A stretch of DNA of 64,000 bases from Macrostomum hystrix. Taxonomy: Eukaryota > Animalia > Platyhelminthes. Both the position numbers and the translations under genes were made by a program. The notes below the pieces were generated by a model, which was not told the origin of the DNA, made no database searches, and saw nothing but the letters and a program-made list of their open reading frames with translations. This document shows, one piece after another, positions 1-14,128 of this stretch. The stretch is from the NCBI GenBank assembly GCA_950097015.1, contig CATNEN010000039.1, forward strand, positions 434,001 to 498,000, written 5' to 3'. How positions within the stretch are numbered: position 1 is the stretch's first letter; the number at the start of each line of letters is the position of its first letter.

Positions 1-899
1 TATACTTACGAGTATATATGGTCATTGTTCCGGAAAAAACCCAACCACTCCGCAAATACTTGACCATGAGTTGACAGAGTACGCAGTAAAGCAGTTTGTT
101 GGAACTTGACCTCACCGACCACCACTGGCGAAACGGAGAGCTGAGCGTCAGTGTAGCTGACTACCTTTTTTGAGACTCTACAAAACGCATGCAAATTAAG
201 GCTCGAAGCCATGTAAATCAATCCACTAAAGATAGAAGATATGCCAGAGACATCCGAGGTGAGGGAAATATCTGGCGAGGGACATGCGAATCATTTACGG
301 TACACTAGACCCTACCTGCGGCGGCGTCACAGATTTAGCAAATTCAATCAAAACGGCCATTTTCGAGTCCCTGAGACAGCTCATAACTACAGAAAGTACA
401 ACAGTTACTACCGCGATCGCAACTACAAACACGTCGAACTCAACAGCCGCGGAAATAGAGTATGATTCGGCAAGCAGTTGGTTTACAAGAGGCGGCGGGA
501 CACTCGCAGCCATGGCTGGTACGGTCAAGACCGATCGCTACCTCTTGCTGAGAACCGCTCGCTGAGTCACCACATCGGTTTCTATGGCGCCCGCCGTTAG
601 TGCGAACATCAGCGGCAAGATCGAAGTGGACGGGGGAGAATCGGAGCGGAGTGGGCTCCTGTCTTCTGTTATCCTACCTTGCGATTGTCGAACTACTTAA
701 CTCTAGAATTCAGCCGAATCCCGCTTTGCATTCATTCATTTTTCAGTTGTTATTCTTCTCTCATTTGCTACCTATTTATTTCAATAAGGAACACGTCAGT
801 CAGCAACGCAGAATTTAACTCCCAAACGCGTCAGCTAGCACAGGGCAGTTGGCACTCGTTAAAACACACAAGGGGAAGACAGCTAATTATTTCCAGATG

Positions 900-3085
900 G
901 CCTGACTATTAACGGTGTTTCACGGAGGTCTACTAGTTGTTTCACTGAGCAGCGGGGAAATAGACATTGTTTTCTTATGCGAAACACGTAGCAAGCACGA
1001 TGCATCGGATGCTAATCTACACCCAAGTTTCTTTCATCAGCTTCGGAGCAGATGAAGTAAAAAGGAGGGGAATTAACAGGGTTTGGCTTTCGAACGGGAC
1101 AGCATTTTTAGTTAAAAAATCTCTGTTGAGAATGGTCTCTCTGACACAAAGTGAGTTTTCATTGGTTCTTAAGATAAATCAATCATCAAACTCTGATCCC
1201 ATTCATTATTATTATCGGGTGCTATGCGCCCCCGGAAATCTCCAAATACTACAAAGAAATTTGATTGATATCAAGAACATCATTCCGATGTGTTCTGGGG
1301 ATGGAATAGTACCCACTGTTGGTGACTTCAATGCGACGACTGGGTTCCAAAATATGACTCCAAATTCCTAAATCAAGCCAGGATTCTGGGAATAATAATC
1401 ACGGCCTACACTTTTTAGAGATGTGCTGTGAGACCAAATCGATAATATTAAATGGAGCAACAGAGGGTGACATATTTGTGCCCTGGGGCGCATCACCATC
1501 GATTATGCTTTGGTTTCCTCAGATAGCCTTGACATTGTGGACGACCTATTTATTCACCCGCAGAGCTTGCTCTCAAAAGCATTGTCCCTAAACTGTCATC
1601 TTGCGAATGCGTAACCCGGTTTCATTGCATAACGAACACGAATTTTCAGCTGAAAACTTTCAAAAGACGCCATTATGGTACCCTGATAGGCAGCAACAGA
1701 AAATCGATTCTCTTAAGACTAGAAGTTGAGGTTTTATTCAAGACAGTCTAGACTGGGGAGAAGCAGAAGAGAGTAAGTAACTCGTTTGTTGAACAGCTTT
1801 CATCAAAACTAAACAAATTGCTGCAAGAGTCAACCATAGTGGGTGAAACAAAGAAGCTAATTCCCAACAAGTTTCGGTTCATTGAAGAAAACGCTGAGAG
1901 ATTTAGCTAAATCCTTAAAATATGTAGCAAGGAAAAAAGGCAAAAGCCAGAAGATAGATTGTTGGCAACTGAGCATGAAGATCTTGTAAAGAATTACCGA
2001 AAGGGGACAGTCGATACCCACGCCATAGAAGTTAGCAAAAAGTGTTGCTACCCAATAATACGAGTCGTCAGTCGATGGCGATGCTGTATGACCAATTTTG
2101 CTGCTGGCCTTGACTTGGTGTAACTCTACCCCTTACGCCTTGTTCTAACTTTAGTCATAACTTTTAAATGAATTGACTTTTTTACTTGATTTAAAAAGCT
2201 TTGGAACTTTCGAATGTTCATTTATCAGTGACGTGAGTTTCAATAAATTATGTTTTACCAGTAAGCCTGTGCATCGAGCTTTTCCCACTATTTTTGGACA
2301 CCCTACGTATTTCATAGAAAATTGGCAGGATTCCGAAAAGTCAAATTTAAGCAGCTAATCCTGTTCTACACAGCCATGATAGAATGGATAGTCCCGTATG
2401 CCTCAGAACCCTAAGGCACCTTTGTTTCCTGGAACTGGGGACCCTGCGGATCGAGCAATAATACTACAGCTCAGTCAAACGTACTGACAGCAATGGGCGC
2501 GATCGAACTGGGTATAGACTGCCTCTATTGTATGATATACTTATCTAATACCTATGCTTCCAGTTCTGGCCATCCCTATCTCATCGCCCAGACCCCATTA
2601 TATCTAAGCTTATACTGCATGGACCCGGAATACGGGTTTCGCCAAATGATGTGTAGGCCTGCTGAAATTTTTTTACGAAGTATTTAAGCTATATTTCGAT
2701 ATCCACGAAAACAAAGGAGCCGATTAGGTTCGATTCAGCTGAAAGTTAGATTTGATAATCAAGGATATGCAACTGGGACAATAGGATGATTGACCCTTAA
2801 AGGCCAACACTCAGACATATTTACTGTAAATAAGAACAATAGTTATTGGGATGTAAATCTCAGCGTCGAACTAGCCATGATAAGCAATTGGTTGGGCTCG
2901 GGACTACGTGCGTCATTCGGGCAATTTAGGAAATCTAGGGAGAATGTAGGAACAATCCAAGACCAGGGTGGGCACGCGAGCTCAAGAAAAGTTCTGTTAA
3001 TTAGTAAATTAATGGAATTGTCGATGGCCAAGTTGGCAATCTGGGAGTCCTCAATAGATTTGGTTAGCAAACGGCTGCGCTGATG
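900..3085 (+). mobile_element. Degenerate non-LTR retrotransposon (LINE) remnant, APE endonuclease and downstream ORF2 fragments
   Basis: VGDFNA motif at ~1318-1335, followed by YTF and TIDY-like motifs (~1405, ~1495) typical of APE endonucleases. Broken by many stops and frameshifts. Boundaries approximate. Confidence 0.55.
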
Positions 3086-3248
3086 AATAGATTGCTACTT
3101 GGCCGGCAATATGCTCAGTATATTTTTATGAAACTGTCAAGTCTCCCAGACTGCCAACATGGTTAGCCATAAAGTTAGCAGGCGATTGAGAATAATCACT
3201 GACGATGCCTGTAGATTACTTCCTGGCTCCGGCTGTCGCCAGCAATTC

Positions 3249-7181
<3,933 letters not shown>

Positions 7182-7838
7182 ACTAATAAAAACGTTTTAA
7201 TTAAATGTAATATATTTTTATGTATGTTTGACTTATGCACCGTTGACTTGTCTACAGGTGTTATGTAGTGTCAAATTTTTTTAAGCCTGAAGCGATACAA
7301 TGTAACAATGACAGATAGACAATGACAATGAGATAACCGATAAACTTTTTAGAAAAATTGAAGACAAATACGAGCGCGCAACGCAAAAGGACTTCAAATT
7401 AAAATTGAGGCTTTTACAAATTACAAATGTTAAGTGGTTAAAACTAAATGCAATAGCCAAATTTACAAAAGAAAGTACTCATGACTACTAGCTATAAAAA
7501 GTAAATTTTAAATAGTTAAACACCCTTTCAATAAAAAGAAAAGTTCACATTTTTAAAATAAATATAACTTTTTGATTTAAATAAATTTTGGAATTACTGA
7601 GCACAGCAGCAAAAATGCAGTTGCTAACTTTAACTGCGTATTCTCAGTGGTTTACGTATTATGATTCACCAGATTTACCGAAGCTGGTATCGGCGTGTTC
7701 TTCAATTCCATTTATTGCATATCTCTATTCTCCACAATGTATGGTTTATGACTGTACTACGTTTTGGCTGCTATTTGTATTATGTATGTATTATGTATTA
7801 TGTATTTTGTATTATGTATTTTTATCGCCAGTATCGAA

Positions 7839-8457
7839 TGTCGTAGGGCCCTTTTATCTTCTTGCTTTTCCTCTATTAATCTCTAATTACTTAAGGTTTA
7901 GTTTGTAACTTTTTGGTAGGATTATCTTAACTATGGGTTTATTTATTCATAAATGACTTCTAAGTATCAGCTTTTGAAAGGAAAGACCTCTTGTTGTCTG
8001 TTATATCTATAGGTAGCGATTTACGTGTGTCCGAGCGGCAAGACACTTAATTAATACTGGTCATAACGCACAAACTTTATTGATAAATTTGCTACAATAC
8101 GTACTGATTTGAGTTTTCCAGTCCTAATCAGGTTACCAATGGACTAGAGTTGCCCAGTCAATTACACAATTTGAATAACTCCTGGCTTTTGGTTCTATTA
8201 CAGCTTGGCTTTATCTCAATAGGAAGGTATGAAATGAGTAAGACACTTTTAACGATAATATGTAAAACACTGTTTAACTCGCGAGTGAGCGCGGAACTCA
8301 GGTTGTCTTTCTCCTAAAATTCCCTCTATATTTATAGGATCACATTGGGGTGGCGTACCCCACTAAAACACGGAACCATTTAAACAAAAATTATACGGTA
8401 ACATTATTTCGCGCCAATTTGACTTTAAAATGTTTTGATAATTATTACGCTGCCTCA
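7839..8457 (-). repeat. 3' LTR
   Basis: Direct repeat of 16269-16887 with no differences seen by eye; preceded on the minus strand by the PPT. Confidence 0.97.
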
Positions 8458-8471
8458 ACTGGCTTCCCTAA
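8458..8471 (-). other. Polypurine tract (AGGGAAGCCAGT) abutting the 3' LTR
   Basis: Purine-rich sequence directly before the TG of the 3' LTR on the element strand. Confidence 0.85.
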
Positions 8472-8715
8472 GGTAAATTTTTTGAACGCAGAAGTACAAG
8501 TGATAAAAATTACCAAAACGCAACTATAAAAGAATGTAAGTACAATTTAAGCTAAGGTACAATGACATATAAAAATAGTACACATAAAGAAGATTTTAGC
8601 AAAAGAAAAACACATACTACCTCGTGCAAAGACATTCCATAAAACATGAAACACATAAAATGACAGAATATGATAGGCATACCTAATAGACTAAAACTTG
8701 CCTACACACTAAAAT

Positions 8716-10143
8716 TCAGATAAAAAGGCATTCGCTAGGAACTGGCATAACACGTGGCCAACCCACAATGCGGGCTAGCCAGCGAATTTCAATATTAAGA
8801 ACAATGTCATTAAATTGGTACTGATTTGACTCAATCGAATGTTTAGCGTATTGTACGGCCCGACGCCAAGCTGCAACGGCGTATTCGCCATTGAATTCGT
8901 CCAGTACACGGCGAACCACCGGCTGAACGTCCTCCCGCTGAGGGAATTTACGATCGAGACGAGCGTACGCCACGGACATGAGATACTGTTTAAGCAGCTG
9001 TACGTGGTGCTTGTAATAATCAGCACGGCTCGGGGTCAGATTCCGTAATAGAGCCGGAAAGTCTTCTCCCAGGCGATTGTTCGCCGGCGATTGCTGTTGC
9101 TGCTGCTGTCGACGCTGCTGCCGCCGGTGCCGCTGCTGCTGCCGATGCTGTTGCTGCCGATGCTGTTGCTTGAGCTGCAGGCTCATTAGAGGCTTTGGCT
9201 CTGGCAGCGGCTGACTCGGCTGATGTACTGCAGAGTGTCGATGCAACCGTGGCTGCCTATGCCTGGGCCCTGGAGCCGTCGGCGACTGTGATGGTGATGG
9301 CAGCTCCAATTCTTCTGGTGTATCGCCCTCCGAATCCTGTTGCGACGATGACGGCTGCGACAGCGGTAGCTGCGGCTGCTGCGACGATGATGGCTGCGAC
9401 AGCGGTAACTGCGGCTGCTGCGACGATGATGGCTGAGACAGCGATGGCTGCGGCTGCTGCTGCGATGACGGCTGCGACAGCGGTAGCTGCGGCTGCTGCG
9501 ACGATGACGGCTGCGACAGCGATGGCTGTGGCTGCTGCTGCGGTTGCGGCTGTGAGGGCTGCCGCAGCGGCTTCGGCTGGATCCGGGCAAATCTCTTCTT
9601 GCCCTCTTCGACAGCCGGCTGCGGGACTGGTGCTGGTTTCGGCGCTATAGGCCTACAGTACGTACGATTTGGCCGTTGATCCTGAGCAGAAGCTCCAGGG
9701 ATGGTGATCAGTATTGCGGCTTTAGAGCTCATCGGTTGACGTCTGGCCATTGATTCAGCAATCGGCACCTCCGTCTCCGCCTGGTCCTTCAGGATTCTGC
9801 AGCGTTTGACGGGGTCTACCGGGACGGGCAACCGTGAATTCGGTGCGGACCTCTTGTGAGAACCTCCGGCTTGCGGAACATTACGTCCTGGTGATTTTGA
9901 CACTAGCCTACCACTTACATTGGCTAGCCGAGGAGCAGTTCGCGTCCGGAGTGGGGCTTCATTTTCTTGATCATCCATGATCTCCACAATCTCACTCTCG
10001 GCTGGGACTTCTGCCTGAGTGATAATGACATTTTGCTCTGTTGGATTAATCTCAGCATTGGAGCTGAATGGGGATAGGTCTATTGTTACTGCTTCTAGCA
10101 GTCTATCAAATTCGTCGGGGTCCAATATATCTTGTTCGGCCAT
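8716..10143 (-). CDS. ORF3 of the LTR element: 475-aa non-envelope protein of unknown function (acidic N-terminus, Q/P/S repeats, predicted helical C-terminal domain)
   Basis: Intact ORF from ATG 10143 (MAEQDILD...) between pol and the PPT; no signal peptide or transmembrane segment seen. Confidence 0.8.
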   Translation of the reverse strand: MAEQDILDPDEFDRLLEAVTIDLSPFSSNAEINPTEQNVIITQAEVPAESEIVEIMDDQENEAPLRTRTAPRLANVSGRLVSKSPGRNVPQAGGSHKRSAPNSRLPVPVDPVKRCRILKDQAETEVPIAESMARRQPMSSKAAILITIPGASAQDQRPNRTYCRPIAPKPAPVPQPAVEEGKKRFARIQPKPLRQPSQPQPQQQPQPSLSQPSSSQQPQLPLSQPSSQQQPQPSLSQPSSSQQPQLPLSQPSSSQQPQLPLSQPSSSQQDSEGDTPEELELPSPSQSPTAPGPRHRQPRLHRHSAVHQPSQPLPEPKPLMSLQLKQQHRQQQHRQQQRHRRQQRRQQQQQQSPANNRLGEDFPALLRNLTPSRADYYKHHVQLLKQYLMSVAYARLDRKFPQREDVQPVVRRVLDEFNGEYAVAAWRRAVQYAKHSIESNQYQFNDIVLNIEIRWLARIVGWPRVMPVPSECLFI

Positions 10144-10228
10144 GACGGCAATTGAAATGTAAAACACACAATTAGTGGGGAGGTTCAAGACGAACGGACA
10201 GTTGACATTTGCCCGCCTGCTGTTCTCG

Positions 10229-10373
10229 TTTATATAGGCGACAAAACTAGGGGTTGTCGACTCCCAATTGGTTGACTGAAGGTTTCTTCAAATTTTACTG
10301 GCTCCTTGGAAGACCCTTAATTCTTGAATTCTATTGGCTCGCTTACTATCCCTTGGTTCTCGGTTTCTATTGG
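10229..10373 (-). promoter_or_regulatory. Putative internal Pol II promoter for ORF3: TATATAAA plus three CCAAT boxes
   Basis: Minus-strand TATATAAA at 10236-10229; CCAAT at 10271-10267, 10337-10333 and 10373-10369 (the last two as AGCCAATAG); variant CCAGT at 10301-10297. Confidence 0.6.
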
Positions 10374-10453
10374 CTTGTGAGACTTTCCCATATAGTCATC
10401 CCTTGACATCGTGCGAGCTTGCTTTCACCCCTGTTGCGTAATCATCCCCTCTC

Positions 10454-13400
10454 TTAAATCTGTATAGTTCCCAAAAGATTGAATACAGTGATAAGCCTCT
10501 GTAAATAGCCTTGATACCTAGCAGGGGGTCTGACTTGCCTTCTAGTATTGTATGGACGCTCAGATGGCCTCTGTTCATTGTTCTCCTCTTCGCTGTTTTC
10601 GTCTGAGGTGGATGCCTCCTCACTATTGATTGTGGTCTCATTCTCTTCTTCGCTTGCGCCTTCTATGGGCTCTGATTCACTCATTCCAATTTCTACTTCT
10701 GCTCCAATATCGAGTTGCTCACCTTGAATTATACTCTGCTCATGATTATTGCAATGCCAATTTATTCTTTCCTCTTCGGATGATGACTCTGCATCGAATG
10801 GTTGTTCCTTCTTTCGGGACTGGCTTCCCTTAATTCTTGCTTCTGTCCTAGTCTTTTTCTTGGTGGTCTGCTGGCTTCCCTTATTTTCTATTTCTGCTTT
10901 CTTGTTATTGACAACAGGCTGGCTTCCCTTAACTAATTCCTCTAGTTTTTTTACTGAATTGGGCACGGGTGTCAAATTATCGCGGTGTACTAGCATCAAA
11001 TTTCCTACTAGGATTCCTTCTTCCTCTTTCTGTACCTTGAATACTACTTCAGAAATACATTCTATCACACGATAAGCAGATCTCTGCTTGCGATGGAATT
11101 TATGTGATTCTTCCGTATCTAGCTGTGGATTATTGATTAGAGCTAAACTTCCTAGCAAGATCTCTTTCGGCGGCTTGTTGATTCTGGCCGCTGCTTGTCT
11201 TTGTTCCACGACGGACTCCAATTTCTTCTTTACTATTTTCTGGGCAGTTTCTAATCTTTCTACGTGTTCAGCGACATAAGATGGATAGCTAGAAAAGGAC
11301 TTAGCTTCTTTGATCTGGGTATCTAATGGCAATACGGCTTCCCTACCGAATAACAGGTAATGAGGGGTGAAGCCTGTTGTTTGATTTACGCTTGTGCGAA
11401 CTGCAACCAATGCAGCTGGAATCATTAAATCCCAATTGTTGTGATCCTTTTCAATTAAACAAGTCACAATGGATTTTATTTGCTTGTTGAACCTCTCTAC
11501 TAAGCCGTTACTTTGGGCATGATATGGGGTGGTGAACGTATGTTTCACATTGTACAAGCTGCAAAACGCCTTAAATTGTCTACTTGCAAACGTTTTCCCA
11601 TTATCAGTGTGAATCCAGTGACATTGACCAAATTCTGTGAATATTCTCTCCTGTAGAATCTTAATGACAGTGTCTGCCTTTTGATTTCTCACGGGGAACG
11701 CAAATGGGTACTTTGTGGTACTATCGATGACCGTAAGTACATAGCGGTGCCCTCTCCGACTTTCCTTTGATATTGGGCCGATCAAATCGCAGTGGAGACG
11801 ATAGAAGGGTTCGCATATAGGGAACGATTGAATTGGGGCCTGGATTCGGTGTCCTCGCTTGCTTTCATGACAATGGATACATTCTGCAATGTACTTTTCG
11901 ATAACTGTGACCAGACCGGGTCTCCAGAATCTCTGCTTGACTTTCTGCACAGTCTTATCTCGTCCTAGATGTCCAGACAGTGGGCTCTCATGCAAATCAG
12001 TAAATATTACTTGATCGAGGGCCTTGGGTAAAACAATCTTCCAGTCCTCTTCTTCTTGAATTATCAGCATGCCATTCTCGATCGACATTTTCTCATAGGC
12101 TTTGCTCATCTGCCTGATCTCACTACTAGAATGATCTGTTATCTGGGGATCACTACACTTTTTCTTCCAATCAATGAGGGTACTAATCGTAGGATCTTCC
12201 TGCTGAGCTTTAATTAATTGTTCGTGCTTCAGGGGCATGGGTAGATAATCTGTTAATAACTTTTCACACTTGCCATTGATTTCTTGCAGTGTTTCATTTC
12301 GCTGTGGGGGATTGAATTCTTTGGCGGCCGGATTCAATAGCATTACGCTGACATCCTGAGGTCCTTCCTGAATTCTTTCCTTCTCTAATCCTGAAACTGT
12401 AGATGGGATCCTAATATTGGGATCAATTGTCATTGTCTCTCCTTCGAATGGCAAAACAGTCTGTGGCTTGGTCAAGCTAAGGGAGCTATCATTGGCCATT
12501 TCCTGTTCGGGTTTCTCATTCATACTGCTGTTCTTCAATGACTGCTCTATGACTGGGATACCTTCGGGGACTTCGGCTGGTCTTCGGGATAAGCTGTCGG
12601 CGTTTTGATTTTTCGCACCGCTTCTGTGTTCAATATCGAACTTGAATTCGTTTAGGCGCTCAATCCACCTGCCTAGTATACCTTGTGCTTCAGTCTGCCT
12701 AAGTAACCAGATAATAGCTTGATGATCGGTTCTGGCTAGAAACTTCTTGCCTAATAGATAAAATCTAAAATGTTTCATTGCATCGACTAGTGCTAATAAT
12801 TCCTTCCTAGTGATGGGGTAACGCTTTTCCGATTCTTTCATTGCGCGACTGAAGTAAGCTAACGGCCGTTCTACACCATCTGACTGAATTTGACTTAAGA
12901 CTGCGCCGATTCTATCATCACTAGCGTCTGTATCCAACACCATTTTCACACTTTCATCATCGATAAATTCGGGATAGGCTAGCACTTCTGTGGACATCAT
13001 ACGGGTTTTAAGTGATTCAAAAGCCTGATCATGGATCTCACTCCATTTCTCCTTAAAGTTCTGAACTCCCTTTCGAGTCAGTTGAAATAATGGGTGGGCT
13101 GCTTCCGCATAATTTTTAATAAAGCGACTATAATAATTACACAATCCTAAAAAACTTCGTAACTCTTTGGCATCTTTTGGCTTTGGCCATGTCTTAATTG
13201 CTTCGATTTTCTCTTCATCGGTGCGAATGCCTTCTATGCCTATAATATGGCCTAGGTATTTTAATTCCTTGTGAAATAAATTGCATTTCTTCGGTCTAAG
13301 TTTCAAACCTGCAGTGATTAACCGTTGAAATACTTCCTTAAGATGGGCCAAATGGTCATTAAAGTTCTTTGAATAAGTAACAATGTCATCAATATACGAC

Positions 13401-14128
13401 ATTGCGAATTTATGTTGGATTCCTAAAAGTACAAGGTTCATTAGTCTTTGGAACGTTCCGGGAGCATTTGATAAGCCTTGGGCCATGACCTCATATTGAA
13501 ATTGGCCTCTTGTCAGGGTGGAAAAAGCTGTCATGTGCTTATGCTCTTCTTTTATTGGCACTTGCCAATAACCGGAATTTAGATCTAGACTACTAAAATA
13601 CTGACTTCCTGTAAGATAAGAGAATGTCTGATGAATATTAGGTAATGGGTAGGGTACATAATCGACTTTAGAATTCAATACTCGGAAATCACTAACGATC
13701 CTGATAGAACCATCTTTCTTCGGAACAATCACTAATGGAGTACTATAAGTAGAATAACATGGTCTGATTAGATTCTTAGCTAACATATCATCTAATTGTA
13801 AGTCGACTTGTTTTTGTAAATGAGGTGGAATTCGTCTGGTCGGAATTCTTACAGGTGTTTCGTCATTCAAAGATATCTCATGGGTAATGAGGTGGGTCAA
13901 TCCCATGTCTAGATCATTCTGTGAAAAGGCATTTCGATGTTCTTTAATCAATTCGATGACCGACTGTTTCTGCTCACTGGAGAGTTCTGACCCGATTCTG
14001 ATCTCCTCAATCCAGGCATCTTCCACAGTTTGGGTTTGGTTGACTTTTCCGGCTGACTCAGGATCGGCTTGACTGACTGATTTAAAATAGGCTAAATCAC
14101 TGGCTTTCACCGGTTTTGCCAATCCTAC
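10454..14128 (-). CDS. pol: Pol: reverse transcriptase, RNase H, integrase, with acidic C-terminal tail
   Basis: LDLNSGYWQ, YIDD, LDTDAS, TDHQA, NADSLSR, HHCC zinc finger (HESPLSGH...CIHC), D,D35E core (CDLIGP, TDNG, NGLVERFN). Confidence 0.97.
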   Translation of the reverse strand, partial: VGLAKPVKASDLAYFKSVSQADPESAGKVNQTQTVEDAWIEEIRIGSELSSEQKQSVIELIKEHRNAFSQNDLDMGLTHLITHEISLNDETPVRIPTRRIPPHLQKQVDLQLDDMLAKNLIRPCYSTYSTPLVIVPKKDGSIRIVSDFRVLNSKVDYVPYPLPNIHQTFSYLTGSQYFSSLDLNSGYWQVPIKEEHKHMTAFSTLTRGQFQYEVMAQGLSNAPGTFQRLMNLVLLGIQHKFAMSYIDDIVTYSKNFNDHLAHLKEVFQRLITAGLKLRPKKCNLFHKELKYLGHIIGIEGIRTDEEKIEAIKTWPKPKDAKELRSFLGLCNYYSRFIKNYAEAAHPLFQLTRKGVQNFKEKWSEIHDQAFESLKTRMMSTEVLAYPEFIDDESVKMVLDTDASDDRIGAVLSQIQSDGVERPLAYFSRAMKESEKRYPITRKELLALVDAMKHFRFYLLGKKFLARTDHQAIIWLLRQTEAQGILGRWIERLNEFKFDIEHRSGAKNQNADSLSRRPAEVPEGIPVIEQSLKNSSMNEKPEQEMANDSSLSLTKPQTVLPFEGETMTIDPNIRIPSTVSGLEKERIQEGPQDVSVMLLNPAAKEFNPPQRNETLQEINGKCEKLLTDYLPMPLKHEQLIKAQQEDPTISTLIDWKKKCSDPQITDHSSSEIRQMSKAYEKMSIENGMLIIQEEEDWKIVLPKALDQVIFTDLHESPLSGHLGRDKTVQKVKQRFWRPGLVTVIEKYIAECIHCHESKRGHRIQAPIQSFPICEPFYRLHCDLIGPISKESRRGHRYVLTVIDSTTKYPFAFPVRNQKADTVIKILQERIFTEFGQCHWIHTDNGKTFASRQFKAFCSLYNVKHTFTTPYHAQSNGLVERFNKQIKSIVTCLIEKDHNNWDLMIPAALVAVRTSVNQTTGFTPHYLLFGREAVLPLDTQIKEAKSFSSYPSYVAEHVERLETAQKIVKKKLESVVEQRQAAARINKPPKEILLGSLALINNPQLDTEESHKFHRKQRSAYRVIECISEVVFKVQKEEEGILVGNLMLVHRDNLTPVPNSVKKLEELVKGSQPVVNNKKAEIENKGSQQTTKKKTRTEARIKGSQSRKKEQPFDAESSSEEERINWHCNNHEQSIIQGEQLDIGAEVEIGMSESEPIEGASEEENETTINSEEASTSDENSEEENNEQRPSERPYNTRRQVRPPARYQGYLQRLITVFNLLGTIQI

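Noticed and set aside
6-565. Short ORFs on both strands, with donor-like sites on the minus strand (315, 9)
   Set aside because: I could not build a phase-consistent exon chain or recognise a domain
8716-10188. ORF3 as an envelope gene
   Set aside because: No signal peptide, TM anchor or glycoprotein-like composition
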